Shown here: positions 46,021 to 55,235 of the stretch, piece after piece
Numbering within the stretch: position 1 is the first letter of the stretch
Layout: each line of letters begins with the position of its first letter
Origin: a candidate division TA06 bacterium
GTDB lineage: Bacteria; Hydrothermota; DG-26; E44-bin18
Length of the DNA stretch: 64,000 bases
Reading direction: 5' to 3'
NCBI GenBank assembly: GCA_004376575.1
Contig: SOJN01000094.1
Location: 9,873 to 73,872, forward strand
The notes under the pieces: generated by a model
What the model was told of the DNA's origin: nothing
Seen by the model: the letters and a program-made list of their open reading frames with translations, nothing else
Database searches by the model: none
Made by a program: the position numbers and the translations under genes

Positions 46021-46251
46021 TTTTTGCCTAACCTGGATTCAGTAGTCTTTGTCTCTGAGAGCTTGATTTCTGTGTCGGAACCGTCTGGTGAAAACAACCC
46101 AGAGCATGTTTTCGGCTCCCTGCGCGCTCCACCGAGCTCCAACATCTCTCTCCAGAGAAGAGGTGGTGGCGAACTGAAAGCTCTCGTCTCCACGATACGC
46201 AAATAGCTCCTTCCAGCTGATTCTGCGGTCCCCGTACTCTCCGATATCTGG

Positions 46252-47736
46252 CTACTCTGCCCTCGATCTATACCACTCCCGAATCGACTTGCTCACAAGG
46301 GTTCTCTCCTCTCTGTTAAGCAGGAGACCGACATGGACAAGAAAGAGACCTGATAGGATAGCAAACGCAATTCCCAGTTGCCAGTACATTGTCAGAGCAA
46401 GTACCGACCGCGCGAGAAACGCCAGTCCATAGATCAAGGCTCCCAGGAGGAAGATACGAAGTACGAGCGCATAGTAGTCGATTACAGCCATCTTCACCAG
46501 TTTCGCAGCTATCACGGGCTGGATGAACAGTCTGGTTATTATAGTCGGAATCAAGGTGCCCAGAGCGACGCCATTTATGCCCAAGCCGAAGTACTTCACG
46601 AATAGTATAGAGAGTCCGAGATTGGCAACACCTTCAGAAAGATTCATGAAAGCATAATAATGATGCCGCGCCTTCGCATACATCAAACTGATGGCGGTCG
46701 ATTGGGTTCTTATCATGAGAAACGCTCCACCGAGGATTACCAAAGGCGCATAAGAGTCGATGTAGCTTGGTCCCAGCCACCTGCGGATGAACGGTGCTCC
46801 AAGGATGATGAGACCCGAATAGACAAAGACAGAAAAAGCACCCGTAACCTTTACTCCGAGCAAGAAGCGTTCTTTCAGTTTCTGTGCGTCTTCACGGCCT
46901 ACATATTGCGCCAGCAACGGGGAGAGTATGCCGAGGAACCTCAGAGACGGCTTATTGGACATGGTCGCCAGTTTGTTCGCGACGGCGTAGTGTGTGACAT
47001 GATTGACAGATATGAACGCAGCGGTCACTACTTCATCGACCTTGAATCGCAGGATATCGCCTATCTGGGCGAGAAAAGTCTTGCCGCTGTAGACGAGTAG
47101 ACTCTTGAGCTCATTTCTGTCCAGATGGCCTCGCTGAAACCCCAAACGGGGCACTACTCTCCTGGCCGCACTCAAAAAGACAAAATTTGAACATAAACTC
47201 GCCACAAGGGTAACCAGCGCTAATGTCCTAAGCCCATAGCCCAGAGTGAGTACTACGACCATCAGTGCAGCTGTCATCAGTATCTTAAGGACCTCTACCC
47301 AGGCCACAACATCGAGGCGTATGTGAGATTTCAGAACCGCGACATAGGGGTAGAAGACGAAAGAGATCGACAGGTTCAATCCAATAATGACCATAACACC
47401 CGCAATAAGATGGGATTCAGCGAACCTGGATTCCAGCAGCAAGACTGTCAGTAATGAGATGGCTACCAGAAAGAAGACTACGGCACTGATAAGGAAGTAA
47501 AGAAAGAAGCCGTTTGAGAAGATGATTCTGTATTCATCTGGATCGTTCTTCCCCAAGCAGATGGACAGGTGGTTCTGTAAGGCGGAACCCACTCCGAACT
47601 CGGACAGGGCGAAGTATCCGACTATGGTGCTGATGAGAATCCAGATGCCATAGTAGTAGTCACCGAGCTTCCCTATCAAGAAGGGAGTAAGAAGCAGAGC
47701 GACTACTACGCCAACGAAGTAATTCAGCACCTGCAC
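46252..47736 (-). CDS. Oligosaccharide/polysaccharide flippase (Wzx-like, MOP superfamily)
   Basis: 494 aa, about 12-14 TM helices, typical flippase-like sequence. Confidence 0.8.
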   Translation of the reverse strand: MQVLNYFVGVVVALLLTPFLIGKLGDYYYGIWILISTIVGYFALSEFGVGSALQNHLSICLGKNDPDEYRIIFSNGFFLYFLISAVVFFLVAISLLTVLLLESRFAESHLIAGVMVIIGLNLSISFVFYPYVAVLKSHIRLDVVAWVEVLKILMTAALMVVVLTLGYGLRTLALVTLVASLCSNFVFLSAARRVVPRLGFQRGHLDRNELKSLLVYSGKTFLAQIGDILRFKVDEVVTAAFISVNHVTHYAVANKLATMSNKPSLRFLGILSPLLAQYVGREDAQKLKERFLLGVKVTGAFSVFVYSGLIILGAPFIRRWLGPSYIDSYAPLVILGGAFLMIRTQSTAISLMYAKARHHYYAFMNLSEGVANLGLSILFVKYFGLGINGVALGTLIPTIITRLFIQPVIAAKLVKMAVIDYYALVLRIFLLGALIYGLAFLARSVLALTMYWQLGIAFAILSGLFLVHVGLLLNREERTLVSKSIREWYRSRAE

Positions 47737-48026
47737 TACGGAGGAACTCAGGATTTTTCTTGAGTTCTTGACGATGGCACTACCTCACAAAAGAAGCCCA
47801 GCGGTTCTTCTCGCGATGTCAAACTATGTAAATGTGCTGCAAACAAGCAAGATAATAATGGATAATTAGGCGGTTTTCAACCACTCTTACTTGTTCCCGA
47901 AACGCCATGTCCGGATTTTCGGAGTTGCACCAGGAAGAAGAATCGATTATCCTCTGGAGGCAGAACCACCCCTTTTACGCGGATGTATTTGACTCACAGA
48001 ACGAATCGTAGTGGCAGAATTCTGGT

Positions 48027-49703
48027 ATGCCTATGAGTGGGCGAGCCAAAAGTTTGCTGAGATTCTTGTTATCGGCGGGGTGCGCAGCCCTTGCTGGAAC
48101 CCTACTCATCCACTACCTCAGATGGTCCCCAGAGAAGATGGTTGCTCATTTCTTTTTCAGTGATGATGCCTTCTTCTACAGCGTCCTTGCACGAAACTTT
48201 CACGAATTTGGCTTTCTCACTCTTGACGGCGAGATGTCAACAAACGGTGTGCAACCCCTCTGGATGTTCGTCCAGATTGTACTTGCGAAGTTGTTTCCGA
48301 ACGTTGATGGAGTCACCCTCATCAGTGCCTCTTCGTGGGTTTGCTACGTTGCATTGGCTTTTGCTGCCACATGGTTTGTTGCCCGAGGGGCCCCCTATAC
48401 CATGTGTTTGTCTGCCCTCATCGTGGCAGGACTTACACTGCTTAATGTAAGATTTCAGTCATTTGTAGTAAATGGACTTGAAACACCACTGACCATTCTT
48501 GTTGTCCTTCTCACTCTTTTTATGATAGACCGTGTCGCAAGGAACCCCAGCAAATCTTCACCGAGGCAGTTGACACTGGCCATCACAGGTCTTGCAATCT
48601 TCTCCTCACTATGTTTTTTCGCCAGGACCGACCTTTTCTGGATTCCTCTGGCTGTTGGGGGATGGCTGGCCGTAGCCCGGGGAGACCTCCGTCGAAAATG
48701 GATTCCCTATTCTATCATAGTCCTCATTTTGGTCCTCCCCTACCTCCTGTCCAACTACATTGGCCAGGGCAGTCTGATGCCCATCAGTGGTCGGGTGAAG
48801 CTCTTCTACTTGACTTCCTTCTACCCAGACCTGCAGAGCTACCTTCATTCCAGAGAGTGGCAGGGCCTCTTCATCGCCTTCGCAAGATTCCTCCCTTTAC
48901 TGGAGCGCTTGTCTGTTTTCGTAAGTCTTACATTTGCGGCTGCTGCGTTAACCATCAGCCAGGTGGTTGTCTGGAGGGACAGAAGTGAACCTCCCATCCC
49001 TTTCAGCCTGAAGATCCTTGCCGCTGCCATTGTCGGACATATTCTATTCATGCAGTTCGTTTATCGAGAGCTGCGACCCTACACAGCTTACTATTTCGTC
49101 CTGGAGATGCTCTGGGTCACAATGGTCCTGGCATTTTGGGCGAAACGAACTCACTCAAGCGATGCGCAAAAAACGCTATTTCGTTCTTTGCGCAAGTATG
49201 CAGGAACCGCTATCGCCTTGATCAGCGTAGCTGTGGCAGTTGCACATGCGGTTCGTGCCGACCGTCGACCTTCGTCCTATTGGGTTGAAAGAATGAATCT
49301 GGCGGGTGACATTCGCCGCATTGTACCCGAAAATGAGCGCATAGCCGCCTTCTGGCCAGGCTGTTTTGCCCAGTTCAGCGGAAGATTCGTCACTGCACTG
49401 GACGGCGTTATCGGCTCAAATGACTACTTCCAGAGCTATGTGAGCAAAAACAAGGAACTCGACTACATACTTGAGCGATCCAGACCATGGCTTGCTATAT
49501 ATCTACCAAGATCCCCCGACCTTCTCCTTGGTGAAACGCCGCCTGAAGTTGACGAATGGGCAGATACTTACATAACAAGACTGTGGGAGCGACGTCACAC
49601 CATTGAGATAGAGATCCTTGCAAGCCGACTTCTCAATCGAGAAGGCGGAGGATGGTACCTCCTTAGGCTGAGCGAAACCCATCGCCGGGACGGTGCGCCT
49701 TAA
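48027..49703 (+). CDS. Polytopic membrane protein, GT-C-like glycosyltransferase candidate (paralog A)
   Basis: 558 aa, at least 10 TM helices. Acidic DD motif after TM1 (FFFSDDAFFYSVLARNF), then a soluble C-terminal domain. Confidence 0.65.
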   Translation: MPMSGRAKSLLRFLLSAGCAALAGTLLIHYLRWSPEKMVAHFFFSDDAFFYSVLARNFHEFGFLTLDGEMSTNGVQPLWMFVQIVLAKLFPNVDGVTLISASSWVCYVALAFAATWFVARGAPYTMCLSALIVAGLTLLNVRFQSFVVNGLETPLTILVVLLTLFMIDRVARNPSKSSPRQLTLAITGLAIFSSLCFFARTDLFWIPLAVGGWLAVARGDLRRKWIPYSIIVLILVLPYLLSNYIGQGSLMPISGRVKLFYLTSFYPDLQSYLHSREWQGLFIAFARFLPLLERLSVFVSLTFAAAALTISQVVVWRDRSEPPIPFSLKILAAAIVGHILFMQFVYRELRPYTAYYFVLEMLWVTMVLAFWAKRTHSSDAQKTLFRSLRKYAGTAIALISVAVAVAHAVRADRRPSSYWVERMNLAGDIRRIVPENERIAAFWPGCFAQFSGRFVTALDGVIGSNDYFQSYVSKNKELDYILERSRPWLAIYLPRSPDLLLGETPPEVDEWADTYITRLWERRHTIEIEILASRLLNREGGGWYLLRLSETHRRDGAP

Positions 49704-49965
49704 CTAACTCGCCAGAACTCGTTAGCGTGGTATCGAAGCAATGGCAGAGCCCATGCGGAACGGGAGAGCCGGCACATATGTTTGGCCAAGCAGATCAGTA
49801 ACCAGGGACGACACCTTGTGGTAAGGATATGGTTTACGCGGATATATTAAGGATACGAGTGGTACAATATCCTGACTATCTTGCCCTCTTGACGATTTCT
49901 AAGGAGAATCTGCAAGCGTCTTATAATAAGCACTATTAGACAATATTGGTGAAGGAGGCGTTTCT

Positions 49966-52359
49966 TTGAATTTGAAATCAGAGCACACGATACCTCAGAA
50001 GACGACAGTATCTTTTTATCTTGGGATATTTTTTACAAGTCTTTCTGCCATAATGTTTGAAATCTCCCTGACCAAAATCTTTTCTGTCACCTTGTGGTAT
50101 CACTTTGCATATTTGGCTGTTTCTTTTGCTTTATTTGGGCTTGGTGCTGGGGGGCTTGCAGCGTTCTTCAAGCGGTCATTCTTTTCAAAGCATTTTCCCG
50201 AGGTATTGAAGCACTTGGCTTCACTCCAATTCTTGAGCATGATTGTCTGCCTTTCTTTCGTACTTGGTGTCCCTCCTTCAATCCGACTATCAGTCAGGTT
50301 GATAATTACCTATATAGTCTGTTCTATCCCTTTCTTTCTCGTGGGACTCATTCTTTCACTTGCGATGTATAGCTATGCAAAAGACACGCCGAAAATCTAT
50401 TTCGCAGATCTGGTTGGTTCTGGAGCAGGTTGTATAGTTTTCATCCTTGCAATCACACTAGTCTCGGGTCCCTCCGTTGTCATCATTGGTGCTCTGCTCG
50501 CTCTGATAGCTTCTTTCTTCTTCTCCGGACTGGGTAATCGTTCTGAACTCAGACTCAGGATTGGAATAGCGATGCTGTTGACAATTTGCCTCTTCTGTAT
50601 AAACGTCATGACGGACACTTTTTCTATCAAATATACCAAAACGTATGTGGAACGAGATGATCTGATCTTCGAGAAGTGGTCGCCTCTGGCGCGGATAACT
50701 GTATATCCAACGATCTTCTGGAGAGCTGATCCTGAAAACCCTTTCGGTTGGGGCATGAGTAAGAAATTCAAGCCTGAAAAGCCCGTTAAGCAGCTTTGGA
50801 TTGAGCAGGATGCTTGTGCGGGAACACCAATAACACATTTCACAGGGGATATTTCAGAACTCGAATTCTTGGAATATGATGTTACTTCTTTTGTCTACCA
50901 TGTTCGACCCCAAACCAAGAATACTTTTATCATTGGATGCGGTGGTGGACGGGACGTCTTGACAGCACTTTCCTTTGGGGTTCCCAGCATCAAAGCTTGT
51001 GATATTAACCCAGTTATTATCAACTTGGTGAAAGGCAGGTTCAAAGAGTTTGCAGGAAACATTTTCGGGTTACCAGGAATCGATGTCGAAATTGCCGAAG
51101 GCAGAAATTTCATAAGAAGCCAGGATCAGAGTTTCGATGTCGTTCAGATATCTTTGATAGATAGCTGGGCTGCTACTGTCGCGGGTGCGTTCTCTCTTGC
51201 AGAAAACAACCTATATACTGTTGAGGCCTTTTCAGACTACCTTGATCGACTGAACCAAGATGGTATGCTTTCTATCACACGATATCTATTCATGCCAAGG
51301 AATCAATCGATCCGAGTGGCCATCATCGCTAGAAAAGCTCTTGAGATGAAAGGAATAGCACATCCGGAGCAAAATATAGCAGTCGTCTCGACGGGTTGGG
51401 AAACAGGATTAGCCACAATTCTAATCAAAAGGACCGCATTCACGCGATCGGATATTGAAAGAATTAAGAAAGCCGCAGACGATCTGGACTTTGAGATAAT
51501 TTACCTTGAAGGACTCAAGGGGGACCATGAGTTTGCTGAGGCACTCACCACGATACCGCTCGAAGCATACGTAAGCGACAAGTACTATGATCTGAGTCCA
51601 TCTACAGACAACAAACCGTTTTTCTTCCAAATGATGTACTTTTCGCGGGCTTTTGATCTTCTTTCAGAACGTGACATCGTAGGGCAAGAATTCAATTACT
51701 ATGCGCCGTTGGTTTTACTGCTTCTTCTTGCGCTTTCATCAATATTGGTGCTGTTGTTCTACATCTTGCCGTTGATCCTATCACGGAAAGTAGAAAGTCT
51801 ACCCAGGCTTTGGGGTATCTATTTCGTTCTTCTCGGTATTGGATTCATGTTTGTGGAAATACCCTTTCTCCAGAAAGGTTCATTATATCTGGGGCATCCT
51901 ACATTAAGCCTTTCACTCGTGCTGTTTTCGATGCTGACTTTTGCAGGATGCGGCAGCTATTGGAGCCGGAAGTTCAGGGAGGCAAGCCTGCTCGGTGCCG
52001 TCCGTGTGTGTCTTCTCGTGATAGTGCTAGTCATTGGAATTGTGACAATAGCCTCAGATTGGCTGACGCGACAAACAATAGGTTTTCCATTGTCAATCAG
52101 GATACTCTTGTTTGTGGTTCTGGTGGGGTTACCGGCTCTCTTCATGGGAACTGCTTTCCCATCGGGAATCCGGTTAGTCAGTCGTGAACATAGAGACTCT
52201 ATCCCATGGGTCTGGGCATTGAACGGGGGCGCATCAGTGATGGGATCAGTTCTGGCTATGACTGTTGCCATGACTTCCGGTTACATGCTTACTCTAGTCC
52301 TTGGTGGAATATGCTATTTTGCGGCCCTTCTGTCCACCTATCGCAAGAAAGAGGTCTGA
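49966..52359 (+). CDS. Polytopic membrane protein with a central spermidine-synthase-like (aminopropyltransferase fold) domain
   Basis: 797 aa. TTG start 8 nt after GGAGG. N-terminal TM bundle (FFTSLSAIMFEISLTKIF...), IIGCGGGRDVLTAL...DINP...AEGRNFI...FDVVQISLIDSWAA...LNQDGMLSI, then a C-terminal TM bundle. Paralogous in architecture to the 1..1987 gene. Confidence 0.8.
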   Translation: MNLKSEHTIPQKTTVSFYLGIFFTSLSAIMFEISLTKIFSVTLWYHFAYLAVSFALFGLGAGGLAAFFKRSFFSKHFPEVLKHLASLQFLSMIVCLSFVLGVPPSIRLSVRLIITYIVCSIPFFLVGLILSLAMYSYAKDTPKIYFADLVGSGAGCIVFILAITLVSGPSVVIIGALLALIASFFFSGLGNRSELRLRIGIAMLLTICLFCINVMTDTFSIKYTKTYVERDDLIFEKWSPLARITVYPTIFWRADPENPFGWGMSKKFKPEKPVKQLWIEQDACAGTPITHFTGDISELEFLEYDVTSFVYHVRPQTKNTFIIGCGGGRDVLTALSFGVPSIKACDINPVIINLVKGRFKEFAGNIFGLPGIDVEIAEGRNFIRSQDQSFDVVQISLIDSWAATVAGAFSLAENNLYTVEAFSDYLDRLNQDGMLSITRYLFMPRNQSIRVAIIARKALEMKGIAHPEQNIAVVSTGWETGLATILIKRTAFTRSDIERIKKAADDLDFEIIYLEGLKGDHEFAEALTTIPLEAYVSDKYYDLSPSTDNKPFFFQMMYFSRAFDLLSERDIVGQEFNYYAPLVLLLLLALSSILVLLFYILPLILSRKVESLPRLWGIYFVLLGIGFMFVEIPFLQKGSLYLGHPTLSLSLVLFSMLTFAGCGSYWSRKFREASLLGAVRVCLLVIVLVIGIVTIASDWLTRQTIGFPLSIRILLFVVLVGLPALFMGTAFPSGIRLVSREHRDSIPWVWALNGGASVMGSVLAMTVAMTSGYMLTLVLGGICYFAALLSTYRKKEV

Positions 52360-52398
52360 TGAAAATCGAATGTCTAACAATAGGATGAAGACAGAGCT

Positions 52399-54129
52399 AT
52401 GAAACGAAGATTTGGACAACCTAATACGGAACGCCTCATCTTTGTCATTCTTATGATGTTGGGAGCCATTGGCATCTTCGTTGGGTGGAAGTTTTTTTGG
52501 TTTCTCACAGATGATGCCTATATCGCGTTCAGATATGTGAGCAACAGCCTCCTAAGATACGGGTACGTATGGAATCCTCCACCTTTTCAGCCCGTGGAAG
52601 GATATACAAGCTTTCTATGGGTGGTCTTGCTCGACCTAGTCTGGAGGACGACCGGTCAGGAGCCACCGCAGAGCGCCAATTTCATTTCCCTTATCTTCTC
52701 GTATGCGACATTGGTGCTTACCGCAGTGATGATCATGAAGATTCGATGGCGCAATCCCCTGAAGAAGTGGAGGATAGCGTTCGTTGTCCTCCTGCTTGTG
52801 TACCTTCTTCTGAACCGGACCTTCTTGGCATGGACAAGCTCGGGTCTGGAGACAGCGATGTTCAACTGTTTCCTGATACTCTGGGTGTTTGCCCTTTTCT
52901 TTGTGCGTTCACCGGCGTTGCGAGTTGGCTCAGCGTCGCTCGTATCCGCGGCGCTCGCTCTAACTCGTCCAGACGGATTGCTATTCTGTGCTGTCATGTT
53001 GGTAATTGCATTCATAGAGTTCTTTGGTGCGCCGGACAGGAGAGGTGCTCGCAAGCTCTTGAGTTATGGGTTATTGCCGTTATTCATCGTAGTTGCTCAC
53101 CAAGTATGGAGGCTGTCGTTCTACGGGGAGTGGCTTCCCAATACGTATTACGCCAAGGTAATAGGTGCTTGGCCGAAAAGTGGGGTCTTGTACGCCCTCA
53201 GCTTCACACTGGAATACGGCTTATGGTTTGCTGCCGGCATCATATGCTGGGCATTTGTAAGGATTATGCCCAGGATGAAAATCTGGGCCGGTCTGTTTTC
53301 AGCGCGAGGTGGACGTGTGCAGGTGTTGAAAGAACCTCTGGTTGCCTACCGAGTTCAATTCCTGGCAATTGCCGTGATACTGGGACATCTCGGTTACTAT
53401 ACGTTTGTGGTGGGTGGTGATCATTTTGAGTATCGAGTCTACAACCAACTCATCCCTCTCTCTTTTCTCGCTGTCTTGTGGTCGTTAAGCAAGCTGAAGC
53501 CACGTCCTGTAGTGGCTCTTAGCTTGATGCTGGGATTTGTCCTTCTCTCAATGCCTGTTCAGTGGACTCATTGGGTATTGACCAAAGACCTCAACACAAG
53601 AGAAGAGACGCATATTATGATCGCTTCGATCTCACCTACTTGGCCAGCTCCTTTTAGACCGTACGCTGAACTTTTCGATAGAGCCCAGTCGTGGCTTATT
53701 CAACATCACGTTGGTATGCGTCACCAAGAGCACAAGATTTTTTGGCAAACACAAGTACGCGACTATCCGTCACGGGCCGATGGCATGAGGATCCCTCGTG
53801 CAGGATTTCCAGTTTATGCAGTGTATTGTGTAGGAGTACCGTCTTGGACGCTGCCGAATGTCAATATCATTGATATGTTTGGACTGAATGATTACATGAT
53901 TGCTAGAGGACCGACTCCTGAGGGTCGTTCCCGAATGATGGCGCACAGCCGCCGTCCTCCAGATGGATACGCTGAAAGCTATCGTCCCAACGTGACAATG
54001 ATCGCTGGAGATCCTCGCGTAGCAGAAAGACATCCAGAATTGACTGCAGATGAAATCGCGAGAATAGAGGCATCATGGCGTGAAAGATTGAAGAAGATCG
54101 AACAAATGGATGCAGGGGGCTCAAAATAG
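52399..54129 (+). CDS. Polytopic membrane protein, GT-C-like glycosyltransferase candidate (paralog B)
   Basis: 576 aa. FLTDDAYIAFRYVSN...PVEGYTSFLW after TM1 (same DD position as 48027..49703), multiple TM helices, soluble C-terminus. Confidence 0.65.
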   Translation: MKRRFGQPNTERLIFVILMMLGAIGIFVGWKFFWFLTDDAYIAFRYVSNSLLRYGYVWNPPPFQPVEGYTSFLWVVLLDLVWRTTGQEPPQSANFISLIFSYATLVLTAVMIMKIRWRNPLKKWRIAFVVLLLVYLLLNRTFLAWTSSGLETAMFNCFLILWVFALFFVRSPALRVGSASLVSAALALTRPDGLLFCAVMLVIAFIEFFGAPDRRGARKLLSYGLLPLFIVVAHQVWRLSFYGEWLPNTYYAKVIGAWPKSGVLYALSFTLEYGLWFAAGIICWAFVRIMPRMKIWAGLFSARGGRVQVLKEPLVAYRVQFLAIAVILGHLGYYTFVVGGDHFEYRVYNQLIPLSFLAVLWSLSKLKPRPVVALSLMLGFVLLSMPVQWTHWVLTKDLNTREETHIMIASISPTWPAPFRPYAELFDRAQSWLIQHHVGMRHQEHKIFWQTQVRDYPSRADGMRIPRAGFPVYAVYCVGVPSWTLPNVNIIDMFGLNDYMIARGPTPEGRSRMMAHSRRPPDGYAESYRPNVTMIAGDPRVAERHPELTADEIARIEASWRERLKKIEQMDAGGSK

Positions 54130-54151
54130 CATACCTGATCCGCGACTATCG

Positions 54152-54179
54152 TAGAACGTAGATCTTAGAACTAAGAACC
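54152..54179. repeat. Heptamer-periodic array (TAGAACG TAGATCT TAGAACT AAGAACC)
   Basis: Read directly from the sequence. Confidence 0.7.
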
Positions 54180-54276
54180 CTCTTCAAGATGTTGAGCAAA
54201 GAGTGTTGTGAATGAAAACTGGGATTGAGGTACGAAAATGTCAACACGATTTGGGGAGACCAAGAGGCCCCAATCA

Positions 54277-54299
54277 CCACGTGCGCATGTGCACATACG
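54277..54299. repeat. 23-nt perfectly alternating pyrimidine-purine tract, followed by two shorter ones (to about 54317)
   Basis: CACGTGCGCATGTGCACATACGT, checked base by base. Confidence 0.9.
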
Positions 54300-54635
54300 T
54301 CCATATGTGGGTGTGTGCTGCTGGATCCCGCCTGCCCTGTATAATAGTCGAAGGATCACGCCTCGTGTCGATGGGTACGGGGAGATGTTTGAGTATTGGA
54401 TTCAGGCTTTACAGCGGCCAAGCTGTCTGGTATAAGGGTGAGAGGGTAGGATTCCTGATAATGGTCCAGTGAGACGAGCGGAATGGTGTGGTACGTCCCG
54501 TTGGGGATCAGTGGTAGCTATGCGACAGGCTACAAGATCTATGGAGTTGGCGCCAAGGAGATGCTCAGCTACGTTTTGTCATCGGAAGATTGAGGAGTGC
54601 CATTTGGAGAGCAAAACAGGTTGAAGGGAGGGTCT

Positions 54636-55058
54636 ATGGAACAACCACATGAGGAACCAGAGGAATACAAAACTGGAGATTGTGAAGAATTGCATAGAGG
54701 GTGGTCGAAAGAACGGTGGGAAACTTGCTGGCGGAAAGACCGACTGGACGCTGTAGGATGGGCCGCAATTTTTATCTGGGCTGCTCTGGTAATACTTGCT
54801 GGAACCACGGGTTTCGGGGCGAAGTTCAGCTGGTGGAACGGTTGGGCTGTTTTCTTCACTGGAGCTGGGGCAATTGTGCTGCTTGGGACAGCGATCCGTC
54901 TTGTCATACCGGAGTACCGTAAGGAGGTACTTGTGGGTGTGATATTCGGATGCATCCTTCTGGCCATAGGCTTGGGTGATTGGGGCTGGTTCTGGCCGCT
55001 GGTGCTGATTGCCATCGCCATTGCAATATTGGCAAAGGCTTTCAGCCGTCGCCCCTGA
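54636..55058 (+). CDS. Small membrane protein (three predicted TM helices), unknown function
   Basis: Start at ATG 54636 after GGGAGGG. Acidic N-terminus, then WAAIFIWAALVILAG..., WAVFFTGAGAIVLLG..., GVIFGCILLAIGLGDWGWFWPLVLIAIAIAIL. Confidence 0.6.
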   Translation: MEQPHEEPEEYKTGDCEELHRGWSKERWETCWRKDRLDAVGWAAIFIWAALVILAGTTGFGAKFSWWNGWAVFFTGAGAIVLLGTAIRLVIPEYRKEVLVGVIFGCILLAIGLGDWGWFWPLVLIAIAIAILAKAFSRRP

Positions 55059-55113
55059 CCCGCGTGCGCGACAGCATGTTATCGAGGGAGGAATTGCCAC
55101 TTGCACATTCCCG

Positions 55114-55161
55114 GAAATGCGTGAATGCGTAAGTATGCAAGTGTGTAAATGTAGGAGAGTG
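55114..55161. repeat. Octamer-periodic array (GAAATGCG TGAATGCG TAAGTATG CAAGTGTG TAAATGTA GGAGAGTG)
   Basis: 8-nt periodicity of AATG/AGTG. Ends in GGAGAGTG, like the array at 41766..41813 (GGGAGAGTGC). Confidence 0.75.
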
Positions 55162-55235
55162 GTCGAAGGGTGAGGTCTTGCTGGGATAATTTTGAGGGGC
55201 CAGGATAGCACCTGACCCCTCTACTCTTGCTACCA

